Shown: one piece after another, positions 37,147 through 55,685 of the stretch
Position numbering within the stretch: position 1 is the stretch's first letter
Layout of the letters: each line of letters opens with the position of its first letter
From: Scenedesmus sp. PABB004
Taxonomy: Eukaryota
Reading direction: 5' to 3'
DNA: 64,000 bases
Assembly (NCBI GenBank): GCA_014905635.1
Contig: JABVCE010000010.1
Location: forward strand, 1-64,000
Position numbers and translations under genes: made by a program
The notes under the pieces: model-generated
Databases searched by the model: none
What the model saw: the letters and a program-made list of their open reading frames with translations, nothing else
What the model was told of the DNA's origin: nothing

Positions 37147-38340
37147 ATGCAGGCGCACGCGAGCGCACCCGGACTAGGGCAGGCCCCCGCGCCGCGTGGC
37201 GGCCCCGGCGCGCCGCGTGCGGCCGCGCCCCGGGGTCCTCGCCCCGGCGTCCCGGCCCCCGCGCCGCGCTGGCGCGTGGCGGGCAGCAACGGCGCCGAGG
37301 GCGCGAGTGCGAGGGTGGAGGAGCACAAGCAGCGGGAGATCGCGCGCATGCTGCTGACGACGCAGAAGAACATGCTGGCCCTCAACAACAGCCGGGTCAA
37401 GGTGCAGGAGGAGCTCGCGGTCGCCAACCGGAGAATACAGGATCTCGGTGCGCACGGGCCTGCCCCTCCGCGCTGCGCTGTTCCTGCGGCCGGCCGCTGC
37501 CTCAGTCTCACCCGCCGCGAACGCCGCCGCAGAGCGCGAGGTGGAGCGGCTGCGCACCGAGCATGCCGCGGCGGCGCAGGTGCGCGCGCACGCGCGGCGG
37601 CGGCGCGCCAGGCTGCCCGCACGCGCCAGGCTGCCCGCGCGCGCCAGCCCTCGGGGGGCCCGTGCGGCACGCGCCGCCGCCCACGCGCCGCCGCCGCCGC
37701 CGCGCAGGCGCTGACCGAGGCGCGCATGGCGGCGCCGCCGCAGCAGGCGCCGGGCGGCAGCCGCACGGGCTCGCCCGCGCCGCCGCAGCAGTACGGCGGA
37801 GGGCCGCCGCCGCAGCAGCAGCAGCAGGTGCAGCAGCAGCAGCAGCAGCAGATGCAGCAGCAGCAGCCGCCGCAGGCGCAGGCGCCGCAGCAGCCGGCGC
37901 CGCCGACGACCATCACGCTGACCTATGTGAGCGGCTGGCACAACGTCTACATACACTACACAGTGGACGGCAAGAGTGAGCGCCCCCGCGCGCCGCACGC
38001 GGGCGGCAGGGGCGGCAAGGGCGGCAAGGGCGGCACGCGCGGCGGCGCCCTTGCGAGGCGGGCGCCGCGGCCCCCGCCGACCACGCCCTGCCCCGGGCGC
38101 GCGCGCGCCCGCGCGCCCGCAGGCTGGACCAACGTGCCCGGCAAGCAGCTGACGCCGGTCGAGGGCGAGCACAACACCAAGACCATCACCATCGAGGGCA
38201 CGGCGCTCGAGTTTGTGATGAACAACGGCGACAACGACTGGGACAGCCCCGGGCGCTTTGCGGACAAGCCCAAGAACTACATGATCGCCGCGCCCGGCCG
38301 CTACCGCCTGCGCTCGGGCAAGCTCGAGCGCGAGGCGTGA
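37147..38340 (+). CDS. Plastid-targeted coiled coil + Gln/Pro linker + C-terminal starch-binding (CBM25-like) protein; 4 exons
   Basis: Transit peptide, coil QKNMLALNNSRVKVQEEL, and C-terminal ITLTYVSGWHNVYIHY...WTNVPG...LEFVMNNGDNDWD...NY...PGRYRL. Three GT-AG introns. Confidence 0.85.
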   Translation: MQAHASAPGLGQAPAPRGGPGAPRAAAPRGPRPGVPAPAPRWRVAGSNGAEGASARVEEHKQREIARMLLTTQKNMLALNNSRVKVQEELAVANRRIQDLGAHGPAPPRCAVPAAGRCLSLTRRERRRRARGGAAAHRACRGGAGARARAAAARQAARTRQAARARQPSGGPCGTRRRPRAAAAAAQALTEARMAAPPQQAPGGSRTGSPAPPQQYGGGPPPQQQQQVQQQQQQQMQQQQPPQAQAPQQPAPPTTITLTYVSGWHNVYIHYTVDGKSERPRAPHAGGRGGKGGKGGTRGGALARRAPRPPPTTPCPGRARARAPAGWTNVPGKQLTPVEGEHNTKTITIEGTALEFVMNNGDNDWDSPGRFADKPKNYMIAAPGRYRLRSGKLEREA

Positions 38341-39057
38341 GGCGCGAGAGCCCGCCTGGGTGGGGCGGGCGCGCGGGCGCGCGGGCGCGGCGCATGACGG
38401 CGGGCCCAGGGGGACGCCTCGCTTTGGCGCGACGGCGCGCGTGTACAGTTGTCAAACGGCGGGGGCCAGGGGGGCGGCTGCAGCACCACATGACATGGGG
38501 GGCACCGCTGGGGCGGCGGCGGCGGCGGCGCGCGCGCGTGCGCGCCGAGCCCCGGCGGCGGCCGAGACGGGGGGACGGCGTGTGTGCCGCTGACTCGGCG
38601 CCTGACGGGACGTGTTGGTGCACCAACGACGTGGTGCTGGTGCGGCCGCGGCGAGCGCGGCGCGCGTGGTTGGCTGTGGCGGTGCGGTCGAGAGCGAGCG
38701 GCGTGCGAGGGCCGCGGGGGCCGTGAGAGCGCGCGGAGGGCGTACGGCGACGCGATTGGCGAGGGCCGCGTGGCTCAGTAACATGCTGGTGCGCCGACCT
38801 CGACCGCCGCCTCACCGGAACGCCTGCCAGCTGCCGGCGGCGCTGCTGGCGGCGCTGCTGGCGGCGCCGCTGCCGGACCAGCCCGCCGCGGCCGCAGCCG
38901 TACGGCTGACGTGCGCACGGGCCGCGGACCGCCGTGCTGAGAGCGGGATCCGGGCCGCACGCCGCACCCGCAGCGCGAGCGGCGCCATCGCGCGCGCGCC
39001 ATCGCTCGCCCAGCCGCGCGTGGGGCGCGCCGCGCGCTGCGCGAAGCCCAGGCCAAT

Positions 39058-45098
<6,041 letters not shown>

Positions 45099-45617
45099 GC
45101 CGGCCTCACGGCGCCGGCGCCGCTGCGCCGGGCGCGGGGCGCGCCACGCGCTGGCGGCGGCGCTCACGCGGCGCGGCGCATCGCCGGCGCCGCTGCTGCG
45201 CTGCCCGCCGCAGGTCGTCCCTGGCGCCGAGCGGGGGCGCCCGATCCAGAGCTATGACGCGGGCGTGCACGCAGCCGGGGCAGGGCGGGGCCTGGGGCGG
45301 CGTGCGCGCGGGCCGGGGCGGGGGCGGTGCGAGCTGCTGCTGCTGCTGCCGACCGGGCGGGCCTGCCGGCGGGGGCTGGGTGTGTCAGCGGGTCCTGGGA
45401 TCGCGGGCGGCCGTCAGCACGCTCCGGGCGCTTGCAGGGGCTCGCTCGCGGTTTTTGCTGCTCGCGCCGCAGTGACAGTGCGTGCCCGCCGCGCCTAGGG
45501 GCCGCGCGGCCCCGCGCTCCGGCCTCTGCGACGCGGCGGCATCGGAGGCACCCCGCCGCGCATCGGTCGCGGGCAATTGCAGCGCGCCGTCGCCAGCCCG
45601 GCAATCGCGTGGCAGCC

Positions 45618-48617
45618 ATGCTTCTCGCGCGCAGCGGCGCCGCGGCGCCGGCGCGGCCGGCCGCCGGCCGCCGGGGCCCCGCGCCCTTCAGCGGCCGGCC
45701 CTCGCGGGCTGCGGTCGCGCGGGCGGCGGAGGAGGAGGCCCTGGCAGCAGCCGAGGTGGAGGCGGCCACCCAGGCGGCCGAGGCGGAGGAGGCGTCGGTG
45801 CCGGAGTTTGAGTTCAACTACAGCGAGGCCAAGAAGGGCAACAGCTACCAGCCCAGCGACATCGAGGCCGCGCTCGCGTACTACGCGGACGAGCGATTCC
45901 TGGGCGGCAGCACCGAGCTGCCCTACGAGGCCGGCTTCGTGTCCAACCCGCTCAGCGCCTACGCGGGGGGCCCCGAGGACAGCAGCTGGCTGCAGGACGT
46001 GGACAACAACGAGGCCTACGAGGCCGACGACTACGCGCTCGCGGGCATCCCCGAGGCGGCGCCCAAGGTCAAGCGCAACCAGCGCGAGGAGGAGGAGGAC
46101 AACGATGAGGAGCTGCGCGCCATGGAGGACGAGAAGATCAGCGCCGCCGCCTTTGACGACGTGGAGGGCCTCGAGGACGATGGCGACGACAACCCCGAGG
46201 CCGCCTGGAACTGGCGCTTCGAGGGCGCCGCGCTGGAGGAGGAGGAGGCCGCCGCCCCGGGTGCGCACACGGCGCGCGGCGAGGGCCAATGCAGGCCGCC
46301 GCGGCGCGGCGCGGCGCGCGGCGGCTGGCGCCGCTGCTGCCGGCCAGGCGCGGCGCGGCGGCGCGCCGCCGGCGCGGCGCGCGCCCATTGGCCGCGCCGC
46401 GCCGCCACGAGGCGCGCGCGGGGGCCATGTCGCCCCTGGCATTGCCGCGCGGGCGCACGGGCGCGGCGGCGCCGCGCGAGCGGCCGGGGCGGCGCGGCGC
46501 AGCAGCAGCAGCGCGCGGCGCGCGTGCGCCCGCCCGCGCCGCTCACCCGCGCCGCTCACCCGCGCCGCGCCGCGCCCGCGCCTGCCCGCAGGCGCGCGCG
46601 GCAACGCGGACGACGCGTTCATCGCTGCCGTGAGCGCCGACCTGGGCGGTCACGACGAGCTGAGCGTGGAGCAGAAGGACCTCATCAGCGTGGTGCTCGA
46701 CACGGTGACCGACCCCCTGGGCTGGGGCGCACGCGCGCGCGGGCGGCGGCGAGCGGTGGCACGTGGGAGCGCAGCGGCGGCAGGCTGCAGCGGACTGCGG
46801 CAGTGCGCTCACGCGCGCCCCCGCGCGCCCCGCGCGCCCGCAGGCGGTCGGCGCCGACGACGGCCTCGACCTGATCGGCGAGGAGCTGGAGGAGGCCGAC
46901 CCCGCCGCGGTGGCGGGCCTGAGCGAGGCCGAGGAGGCGGCCATCGCGGCGCTGCTGGCGGAGGAGGTGGACACGAGCGCCCTGCTCGCCGCCGCGGCCG
47001 ACCTGCCCGACCTCAGCGACGCGCTCGCGGTCGCCGAGGACGAGGCCGCCGCGCGCGGCGAGCCCCTCACCGCAGCGGCGGTGCAGGAGTACCTCGCGGG
47101 TGCGCGCACGCGGCGCGCGCACCGGCGCATGACGGGCCCGCGCGCGCCAGAGCGGCGGCGCGCGCCGCGCCGCGCCCGCCGCGCTGCTCACCCCTCCCCC
47201 GCCGCGCCGTGCCGCGCCGCGCCGCGCCGTGTCTGCGCAGCGCTCAAGGCCCTCGAGGGCGCGCCAGGCGGCGTGGACGACGCGACGGTCGCGCAGCTGC
47301 TGTCGTCGGAGGGCGCCGAGGCGGTCGCGCCGGGCGCGCCCGAGCTGGGCGCGGCGCCGGCGCGGCCCGACGTGTCGGCCGCGCTGTCGGCGGCTGACCC
47401 GGTGCTTGAGAAGTTTGTGCCCGCCGAGGCCGACCCGGCCGAGGCGGAGGCGGCGAGCACGGTCGCGCTGCTGGGCGAGCTGGAGGCCCTGTCGGGCGAG
47501 GTGAACGAGTACAGCGAGGCCGTGTTCCCGGCCGACCAGGACCTGCGCGAGTACGAGACGCTCGTCGACGCGGCGCTCGAGTACTTCGAGGCCGCCGGCG
47601 ACGAGGCGCTCGAGCTCGGCGAGCGCCCCGAGGACGCGCCGGTCAACATGTACGACGACATCGACCCCACCCTGATCGGCGGTGAGACCGGGCGCGCGGG
47701 GCGGGCGGCGCGAGCGGCGGGGCACGCGGGCGGCGCGGGGCGCGGGGCGCGCGGGCGGGGGCGGGCCGGCGCGCACGCCGCCGCGCCCGCCGGGGCGCCG
47801 CGCCCGCCGGGGCGCCGCGCCCGCCGCCGCGCGGCCGCCGGCGCCCGACACATATCCCTCACGCCCGCCCTGCCCCGCCCTGGCCCTCGCGCGCAGCGGT
47901 GGACGCGTTTGGCGGCGAGGAGGGCGGCTTCCTGGAGCGCGGGGGGCCGCAGTTTGTGGAGCGCATCCTGGAGCTGGGGCGCGTGACAAAGGTGGTCAAG
48001 GGCGGCAAGATCATGGGCTTCCGCTGCGTCGCGGTCGTCGGCGACGGCAAGGGCCGCGTCGGCGTGGGCTGCCAGTCGGGGCGCGAGGTCTCCACCGCCG
48101 TCAAGCGCGCGCTCGTGGACGCCAAGAAGGTGCGGCCCCGTGCCGCGGGGAGGGCAGGGGGGGGGGGGGGGGCGACGGGGGCGGCGCCCCGGCGCGCGCG
48201 CGCCGCGCGCCCCCGCGCCTGCATTGTGCTGGCGCCGCCGCGCGCCGCGCGTGCAGCCGGTGGTGGGCGCCTCGCTCGCCGCCGACCCCCGCCCTCTCCC
48301 TGCTGTGCTGCGCGCCGCAGTCGATCATCGAGGTGCCGCTGGTCAACGCGGGCACGATCCCGCACCGCAGCGAGGCGTGGTTCAAGGCCGCGGGCGTGGT
48401 GCTGCAGCCCGCGTCGGACGGCACGGGCGTCATCGCCGGCGGCGCGGTGCGCAGCGTGCTGGAGCTCGCGGGCGTGCAGAACGTGCTGGCCAAGCGCCTC
48501 GGCAGCCGGAGCTGCCTCAACAACGCGCGCGTGACGCTCAAGGCGCTCAGCGAGCTGCGCACCATGGACGACTACGCGGCCGCGCGCGGCGTGCCCCTCG
48601 ACTACATGCTCTCGTGA
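45618..48617 (+). CDS. PRPS5: Plastid ribosomal protein S5 with long acidic N-terminal extension; 6 exons
   Basis: Transit peptide and Glu/Asp-rich extension, then the S5 core [30 protein letters not shown]...[25 protein letters not shown]. Confidence 0.95.
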
Positions 48618-49768
48618 GGGGAGCGAGTGAGGAGGGGTGGGGGCCACGCCCCCCACTCGCGCCACCACACAGGAGGGGCGCCCCGCGGCGCCCAGCAGCA
48701 GCAGCAGCGGCGGGCGCGCGCGCGGCGGCGCGGGGCGCCAGGGCGCCGCGCCCCGCACCAGCAGCGGGCGGGAGGGAGGGCGGGCGGGGCGGCGCGCTGG
48801 ACACTGGCGGGCGGGGTCAACCCGGGCCGGCCGGGCGGGGCGGGGCGGGGCGATTTTTGCCCGGCGCGCCAGGCAGCAGCTGCGCGGCGGGGCGGCGGCG
48901 CCGCACATCGCGGCCCTCCGGGCAGGGCGGGGGGCGGGCGACGATGAGGATCGTGTTGGCGCCGTCCTGCGCGTGCGTGTGCGTGTGCGTCGGTAACGGC
49001 TCATCCGTGCGGCGTGCGTGCAGGGCGCGCCGCCGGCGTGCGCAGCGCCGCGAGCCTCGGCGCCGCGTGCGGCCTGCGCCCGGCCGCCGCAGCGCCGCAC
49101 AGCTCCGGCGCGGCCACTCCGTGCCTCCAGGGGGCTGTCGCTGGCCGCTGTCGCCCCCGGGGTGCCGGCCGCGGCGCGCTGCGCGCGGGGCTGGCCGCCG
49201 AGCACTGCGGCACGCGCGCGGCGGGCGCGGCGCCGGCACGGCCCTTCGCCCCAGCGCGCGGCGGGAAGGTGCCCGGCTGCTCTCGCTCCACGCGCCTGAC
49301 GCGGGCCCGCGGCAGCCCCGCGCACGGCCGCGAAAAGCCGTGCAGCTCCGCCGTCAGCTGCGGCTCAACGCGCCGCCCGCCGCCGCACCCTCACCTCCTG
49401 CCGCCCCGCTCTCTCCGCTCCAGTTGAGGTTGCTTGGACGAAACAGAGCGAGCCTAGTGCGCGCCCTCACGAGCCCAGGCGACAGCAGAGAAGGCGCGGC
49501 CAGGGTGGGAGCGCCAGCCGCGGGCGGGGGTGGGCTGGCCGCCAACCCGTGGGCTGGCCGCCGTGCCTCGCGCTCGTCCCGAGCGCGCGCGGCCGCGCGT
49601 GGCCGCGCGGCCGCCAATTGTGTCGGGATCCCCGAAGAGGCCGCGCCTCGCCCTCACGTCCCTCCCCGGGCCTGTGTCTTGACCGCCCCCCGCAGGCAGG
49701 CGGCGCGCGTGACCTCGCGGCGCCGCGCCACGGCGACAGCAGCGCGCGCCGGCGCGCGCAGCGGCGCG

Positions 49769-51192
49769 ATGGCGGCGGCCGCGCAGGGGGCCCCGTGCGC
49801 CCGCCAGACGTCCGGCCAGCCCGGCGGCGAGCCCGGAGGTGAGCCCGCCGGCGGCGAGCCCGCCGGCGGCGAGGCCGGCGGCCAAGCGGAGCAGCCGGCG
49901 GGCGAACACCAGCCCGCGCCTGCTCCAGACCGCCAAGCGGAGCAGCTGGCGGGCGAGCGCCAGCCTGCTCCGGCGCCAGGCGCACCGGGTGGCGGCGGTG
50001 CGCCGGACGGCGAAATCCTGTACTTCAACTGGGCGCAGCGCGGCGGCGCCGCGCGCGCGGCGATGGCCACGCTCGTCGCCGCGCTCGCGGACGACCCCAT
50101 CAATGCCTATTTCGTCAGCGCCGCGCGGCGCCGCCGCTTCGTCAAGGGCGAGGTGACCGCGGGCGGCCGCCCGCTCACGCTTGCGCGCCGCGCTGCCGCC
50201 GCCGCCGCTGACGCGGCCGCCCCCGCTGCCCACGCCGTCGCCGCCAGGTGAAGGGCTACCTCAAGGCGCTGCGGCGGGCGAGCCACTTCATGGCCACGCC
50301 CGACTGCGCCGCCGTCGCGCTGTGGCAGCTGCTGCCGGCCGAGACGCCGCGCAACGAGCTCTGGGCGGGCGCGGCGCGCATCCGCTTTGTGCCGCCGCGC
50401 CTCTGGCTGCAGCTGCTGAGCCTCGAGCTCCGCTACGAGGCCGCGCACGCCGCCCAGGCTGGGTGCGGGCCCTACTACTATCTCAGCTTCATCGCCACCG
50501 CGCACCACGCGCGCGGGCGCGGCCTCGGCAGCGCGCTGCTCTCCGCCGTCACGCGCCGCGCCGACGCCGAGGGCCGCGCCTGCCTGCTCGAGGCGACGAG
50601 CGAGCGCTCGCAGGCGCGACGGCGGGGCGGGGCGGGGCGCCGCGCGTTGAGGGGGGGGGGGGGGCACGCCGCCGCGCGCTGCCGCCGCTGCTCCCTCCCT
50701 CACGCCGCTGCTCCCTCCCCACGCCGCCGCGGTGTGTGACAGGCGCTGTACGCGCGGCACGGCTTTGTGACGTACGAGGCCTTCCGCGTCGCGCCCCGGG
50801 CGCCGCCCGTGTTTTTCATGCGCCGCGCGCCCGGCGCCAGCCCCGCGCCGAGCCCGGGCCCGGGCGCGAGCCCGCCCCCCGCCGCGGCGCAGCCCGCGGC
50901 GGGCGAGCCGGCCGCGGGCGGCGCGGTCGCGCTGAGCGCGGCGGCGCTGAGCCTCGTCGCGGCCCTATCGGGCAAGGAGGCCAAGGCCGGGGGCGGCGCG
51001 GGGCCGGGCAGCGAGTGCGGGTCCAGCGGGGGGTCGAGCCTCATCGGCGCGGCGGTGCTCATCGGCGACGGCGACGACGACGGCGAGTGCGCGGCACGGC
51101 ACCCCCGCGCGGCCGAGCCCGCGGCGGGCGGCAGCCAGCCCCAGCCGGCCAGCAGTCGCGGAGCGGCGGGAGGCCGCGACACGACCCTGTGA
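49769..51192 (+). CDS. GNAT acetyltransferase (puromycin N-acetyltransferase-like group); 3 exons
   Basis: LVAALADDPINAYF, YYYLSFIAT, ARGRGLGSALL, RRADAEGRACLLEATS and LYARHGF. Intron 2 is GC-AG. Confidence 0.85.
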
Positions 51193-51637
51193 GCGCGCCG
51201 GGCCAGCGCCCCACAGGGCGCAGGCCAGGGAGGCGGGGCGGGGCGCCAGCCACGCGCGCGGCGCGCCGTGCGCTGGCGGCGGGCCCAGGCGGCAGCGGGG
51301 CGGCAGGGCTGCTGCCTGCGCACCGCGCTTGTGCAGGGGTGTCGGTGCGTGCACAGGCCGCGTTGCAGGACTGAACAGCAGCAGTGTGTCTCTTTTTGCA
51401 GCACCCACGTGTGCTGGCTCACCTCTGTCCCCGGGATGCCGCGCGTGCGCGGGTGCCCTCTGCACCCAGCCTGCCACACCCATGCTCTCAGCGCAGCAGG
51501 ATGCGCCGGCCCCGCCGCAGCGTGGCATGACTGGCTATATCGAGCAGCACTTGAATGCCGCCACCGCGCGCGAGCGCGTGCGGGCAGTGCAGGCGCGGAG
51601 CACGGGTCGGCGCTGCAAAGCGCCGCCCGCGCGCTGC

Positions 51638-53539
51638 TCACTCCCACCGCGCGCGCGCGCCGCGCGGACGACGCTGGCAGAGTCGGCAGCGGGGCGCCCG
51701 AGGCTGCGTGCCTGGGCCTCGCCGCATCTGACGTCTGAGCGAGGCCGGGACCGTCGGACCGAGGGGCGGCGTCACAGCCGAGTAACTCGCGCGCAGCTCA
51801 CGCCAGCCGCAAGGTCGCCGACATCGCGCGCGCCGCCGCGCCGCCGCTGCGGGGTGCCATGGCAGCCGCCGCGCGGCGAGGCAGCTGCCGCTGCAGCGCA
51901 CTCCCGCGTGGGCGCCCCGGCGTCGCTCTGCTGACGGCCGGCCCCGGCCTGCCGCCTGCGCTGCCAGCGGGCCCGGGGCCGGCACCCCCCACCACGAGGC
52001 GGCCTGGCCGCCGCCGACGGCCGCCGCGGCCACGCCCCGCGGCGTGGCGGGCACACCGGCGCCGCCGCCGCCCGCGTCGCCGCTGCCACCGTCCTCGTCG
52101 TCCCTCTCGCGCTCGCCGCTGCCGCCTGCCTCCTGCTGCTGCTGCTGCTGCTGCTGCCCCCGCTGCTCCTGCTCCTGTTCCTGCCGCGCGCGCTCCGCGG
52201 TGCCCGCCAGCTCTGCCTGCCGCGCGCGCTGCGCCGCCAGCAGCGCGCGGTCCCGCTCGCTCAGCACTACGCCCGGCGGCAGCTCGTCGGCGTCACACAT
52301 CACCACGCCGCCGCCCGAGCGCACCTGCACCAGCAGCTCATCCCCTACGCGCACCAGCTCGCCGCGCGGGCCGCTCGCCTGCTGGCGCGCCCCCGGCCGG
52401 CCAGGCCGAGCAGGCCCACCGCGGGGCCCAGCAGCAGCCGCGCCGCGGCCGCGGCGGCGGCGGTGGCCGCCTCGGCGGCGGCCTCCACCGTGATCGCCGG
52501 CCGGCCGCCGTCCGCGCTGCCGCCGCCGTCGGGCGGCGCGCCCTGCTGCAGGGCGCCGTCGGGCAGCACCCAGCGCGGCGCCGGCTCCCGCTGCCGCTGC
52601 TGCTGCGGCTGCCGGTCCGCGGGCCGCGGCCCGCCCTCGCCGCCGGCCGCCGGCACCACCGCCGCGCCGGGCGGCGGCGCGGTGCCCGCGGGCGCCTCGA
52701 CCGCCGCCCGCCGCAGCAGCAGCACCAGCAGCTCTGCGTCGCTGCCCGCAAACAGCGCCGCCTGCGTCGCCGCGCCCGCCGCGGTGCTGCGCCTGAGCTG
52801 GCCGCGCTGCGCCGCCGAGGCCGCGTCGGCATAGTAGCCGCGCAGGACGGCGGCGGGCGCAAAGCCAGCTGCGGCGTAGAGGCGCCGCGCCGGCGTGTTG
52901 CTCGACTGCACGTGCAGGAAGCACAGTGCCGCGCTGCGCCGCGGGCGCGCCCGGGCGGCGGCGGCGGCGGTGGCGTCAGGGGCGGCGCGTGGGGCGACGC
53001 GGGCGCCGGCAGCTGCGCGGGCGCTGGCCGCGCGGCGCGGGCGTGCCTCACCCCCGCGTGCGCGCGTGGACCTTGACCTGCTTCAGCAGCCGCGTCGCGA
53101 CGCCGCGGCGCCGAAACTCCGGCACCACGCCCAGCAGCACCACCTCCAGCGCGCGCACGCCCCCCGTCGGGGCGCCGGGCGCGTCGCCGGGCGCGGCGGC
53201 GCCGGCGCCGTCGCGCGCGGCCGCCGGTGCTGGCGGCGCGGCGGCGCCGGCGCTGACGCCGCCGCGTCCGCCGAGCGCGGCCTCGAGGAAGGGCCGCTCC
53301 TCCGGGAACTCCCCGACCTGTCCCAGCGCCGCGGCGACAAAGCCGACAATGCGCTCGCCGGCCCCGCCGGCGCCCGCCGCGACGGCGGCGAGGCAGAACC
53401 AGCGCTCCGGGTTGTGCACCGCCTCGGCCAGGCTGAAGGCGGCCGGGTCGAACGCAAACAGCCCCGCGCTCGCCGCCTCGAGGGCGGGGAGGTCGTCGGG
53501 CCGGACGAAGCGGTGGTAAAACAGGCCGGCTGGTGCCAT
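51638..53539 (-). CDS. GNAT N-terminal acetyltransferase (NAA50/NAA60/RimI-like); 3' end uncertain
   Basis: RIVGFV, LLGVVPEFRRRGVATRLL and CFLHVQSSNTPARRLYAAAGF...LRGYY. As written it stops at 52345, but coding-like sequence continues in another frame past the C5 run at 52390-52394. Confidence 0.8.
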
Positions 53540-54010
53540 GGTGGTCGGCGGCGGGGCGGGCAGGCACGCAGCTGCGGGGCCGCGGCGCCGCAGCCCGCCG
53601 CGCGCCGGCGGGGCAAGCCGGTGCGCGCCACCGCCGTGCGCCGGCCGGCCCAGAGAGCCTCACGCCGCTTGGGGCCTTGGCCTCGGCCTGGCAGCGGCTG
53701 GATTGCAGAGCTGGCAGCGACGCGCGCGCGGCTGCAGCGGCGGCGCGTTGGAGGGCTGCCGCCGCCCGCTGGCCTGCTGCGCCTGCTGCGCCGGCTGGAG
53801 CGAGACGGGCTGGGATTGCGACGGGACTCCGTCGCAACCAGGGAGCGCGGCTCCTTGCGCCAGGCCCTGAGCCCTCCCTGCGTGCACGCTGCTGTCGCGC
53901 CGCCCGCGCCCCCTCAGGGCCCTTTTCCGTCCACGCCTCCCCGTCCTCTCCCTCGCCTACGGGCGTCGCGCACCGCGCCCTAAGCGCCCGCGCTGCACGT
54001 GTCGTCTGCG

Positions 54011-54975
54011 ATGCAGGCCCGCGTCGCCTGCTCGGGCCGCGCGCCGGCCGGGCGCGCTGCCTGGACGGCGGCCCCCGGTCTCGCGGTCGCCAGCGGGGCG
54101 GCAGCTGGGCGCGCCGCGGCGACGCGGCGCGCGGCGGCGGCGCCGGCGGGCGCGCCGCCGGCGGGCGCCGCGGACGAGGCGCTGGCCGCGGCGGCGGCGG
54201 CGCACGGCCGTGCGCTGCGCGCGCCCGGCATCGCGCGCACGCCCGTCGGCACGCTGCAGTGGCGCAGCGTGGACGAGGACGGCTCGCCAGGCGGCGGCGA
54301 GCTGCCGCTCTCCGCCGGAGCGTTCAAGGCGCTCCTGCGCGGCAGCCTCGCCGCGGCGCGGCTGGGGCACGGCTCGCTGACGACGCTGCACGTGGCGCTC
54401 GGGCTCATCGCCGCCGCGGCGCCGGGCGGCGCGCTCGGCGGCCTCGCGGGCCGGCACGCAGACGCGGAGGCGGCGGTCAGCGTGACGATCGACGGGCGGC
54501 CGCTGCCCGCCGCGCTCGGCGCGGCGGCGAGCCTGCTCGGCACGGCGCGCGGGCTCGACGCGGTCGCGTGGGCGCCGCCCAGCGCGCGCGCGGCGGCGGT
54601 GCTGGCGGGCGCCGAGGCGCTGCGGCGCGAGCGGGGTGCGCGGCCGCCGCACGGCGGCGCGCGCGGCGCGCCGGCAGCGCGCGCGCCGCGGGCGGCGCTC
54701 ACCCGCCCGCGCCACCGCCGTCGCGCGCAGGGCACGCGCGGCTCACCACGTCGCACCTGCTCGCGGCGCTGCTGGCGGAGGGCGCCGCGTCGCGCGGCCA
54801 GCCGGACTGGGCCGGCGGCCTGCTGGCGCAGCTGGGCCTGGAGCGCAACGCGGCAGCGGCAGCGGCGGCGGCGGCGCTGGCGAGCAGCGGCGGCGGCGCG
54901 CACGGCGAGGACGGCGAGCCCGCGGCGCCGGTGGGCTTCCTGCACGAAGCCGTTATGGCCGAGCTGCTGCGGTGA
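54011..54975 (+). CDS. Plastid double Clp-N (Clp repeat) motif protein, ClpT-like; 2 exons
   Basis: Transit peptide and two Clp-N-like repeats (AARLGHGSLTTLHVALGLI; RERGHARLTTSHLLAALL). No AAA domain. Confidence 0.65.
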
Positions 54976-55260
54976 GCTGCCGCCGCCGCCGCCGCTGCTT
55001 CCCTCGCCCCTCTCCTCCCCCTCCCTCCCCTCCCTCCCAGTGGACACACACAAACACCCACCGTGCGCGTGCCGCGATCGACGCCGCCGCTGGGTGGCCT
55101 CGCCGCGCCGCGCCGCGCAGGGCCGTCGCGCCCGCGCCGCCCGCCAGCTGCTGTCTCAACTGAGCTCCACTCAACTGAGAGACGGCAGCCCCGCACGTGG
55201 GCGGGATGTGCTGTGGCGTGCCGCTGGCTGCTCCGCGGCGGCACCGCCCGACGCGACTCG

Positions 55261-55265
55261 TGTAA
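55261..55265 (+). promoter_or_regulatory. Candidate chlorophyte poly(A) signal TGTAA
   Basis: TGTAA about 290 bp downstream of the stop at 54975. Confidence 0.5.
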
Positions 55266-55685
55266 AGCTGCAGCTGCAGCGGCCGCGCTGAACGTCTTCC
55301 AAACGCGGACCTCTGTGTTGTGCCGCGCAAGTTCTGGCCCAGTTCGGCAGCCTGACCGAGCCGAGCACTTCCCCGTCATTTCTTCACGTGTTCCACGGTG
55401 CGGGCTTGGTGCTCGCGCCGTCGCCCCAGCCCGCTGATCGGCCCACAAACCCGCCCTTCAGCGCGCTCTCTAGGCCGCGAGGCCCCCTCACGCGCCCGCA
55501 GCGCCGCTCTGCTAGGCGCTGGCCGGGCTCCCCGGCGGCTGCGCGGCCCGCGAGCTCGCCATCGCCTGCGCCCCGCGCTCGCGCTTCCCGGGCGCCCAGG
55601 GCGGCACGACCACGGCGGCGACCGCGCTCGCCTGGCGCCGGCGGCAGCGGAGCAGCGGCCGCGGGTGACGCGCCGCCGCGCGGCA

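Noticed and set aside
45618..47900. Acidic extension on plastid S5 as a novel fusion
   Set aside because: An enlarged acidic plastid S5 is already known from Chlamydomonas-type algae.
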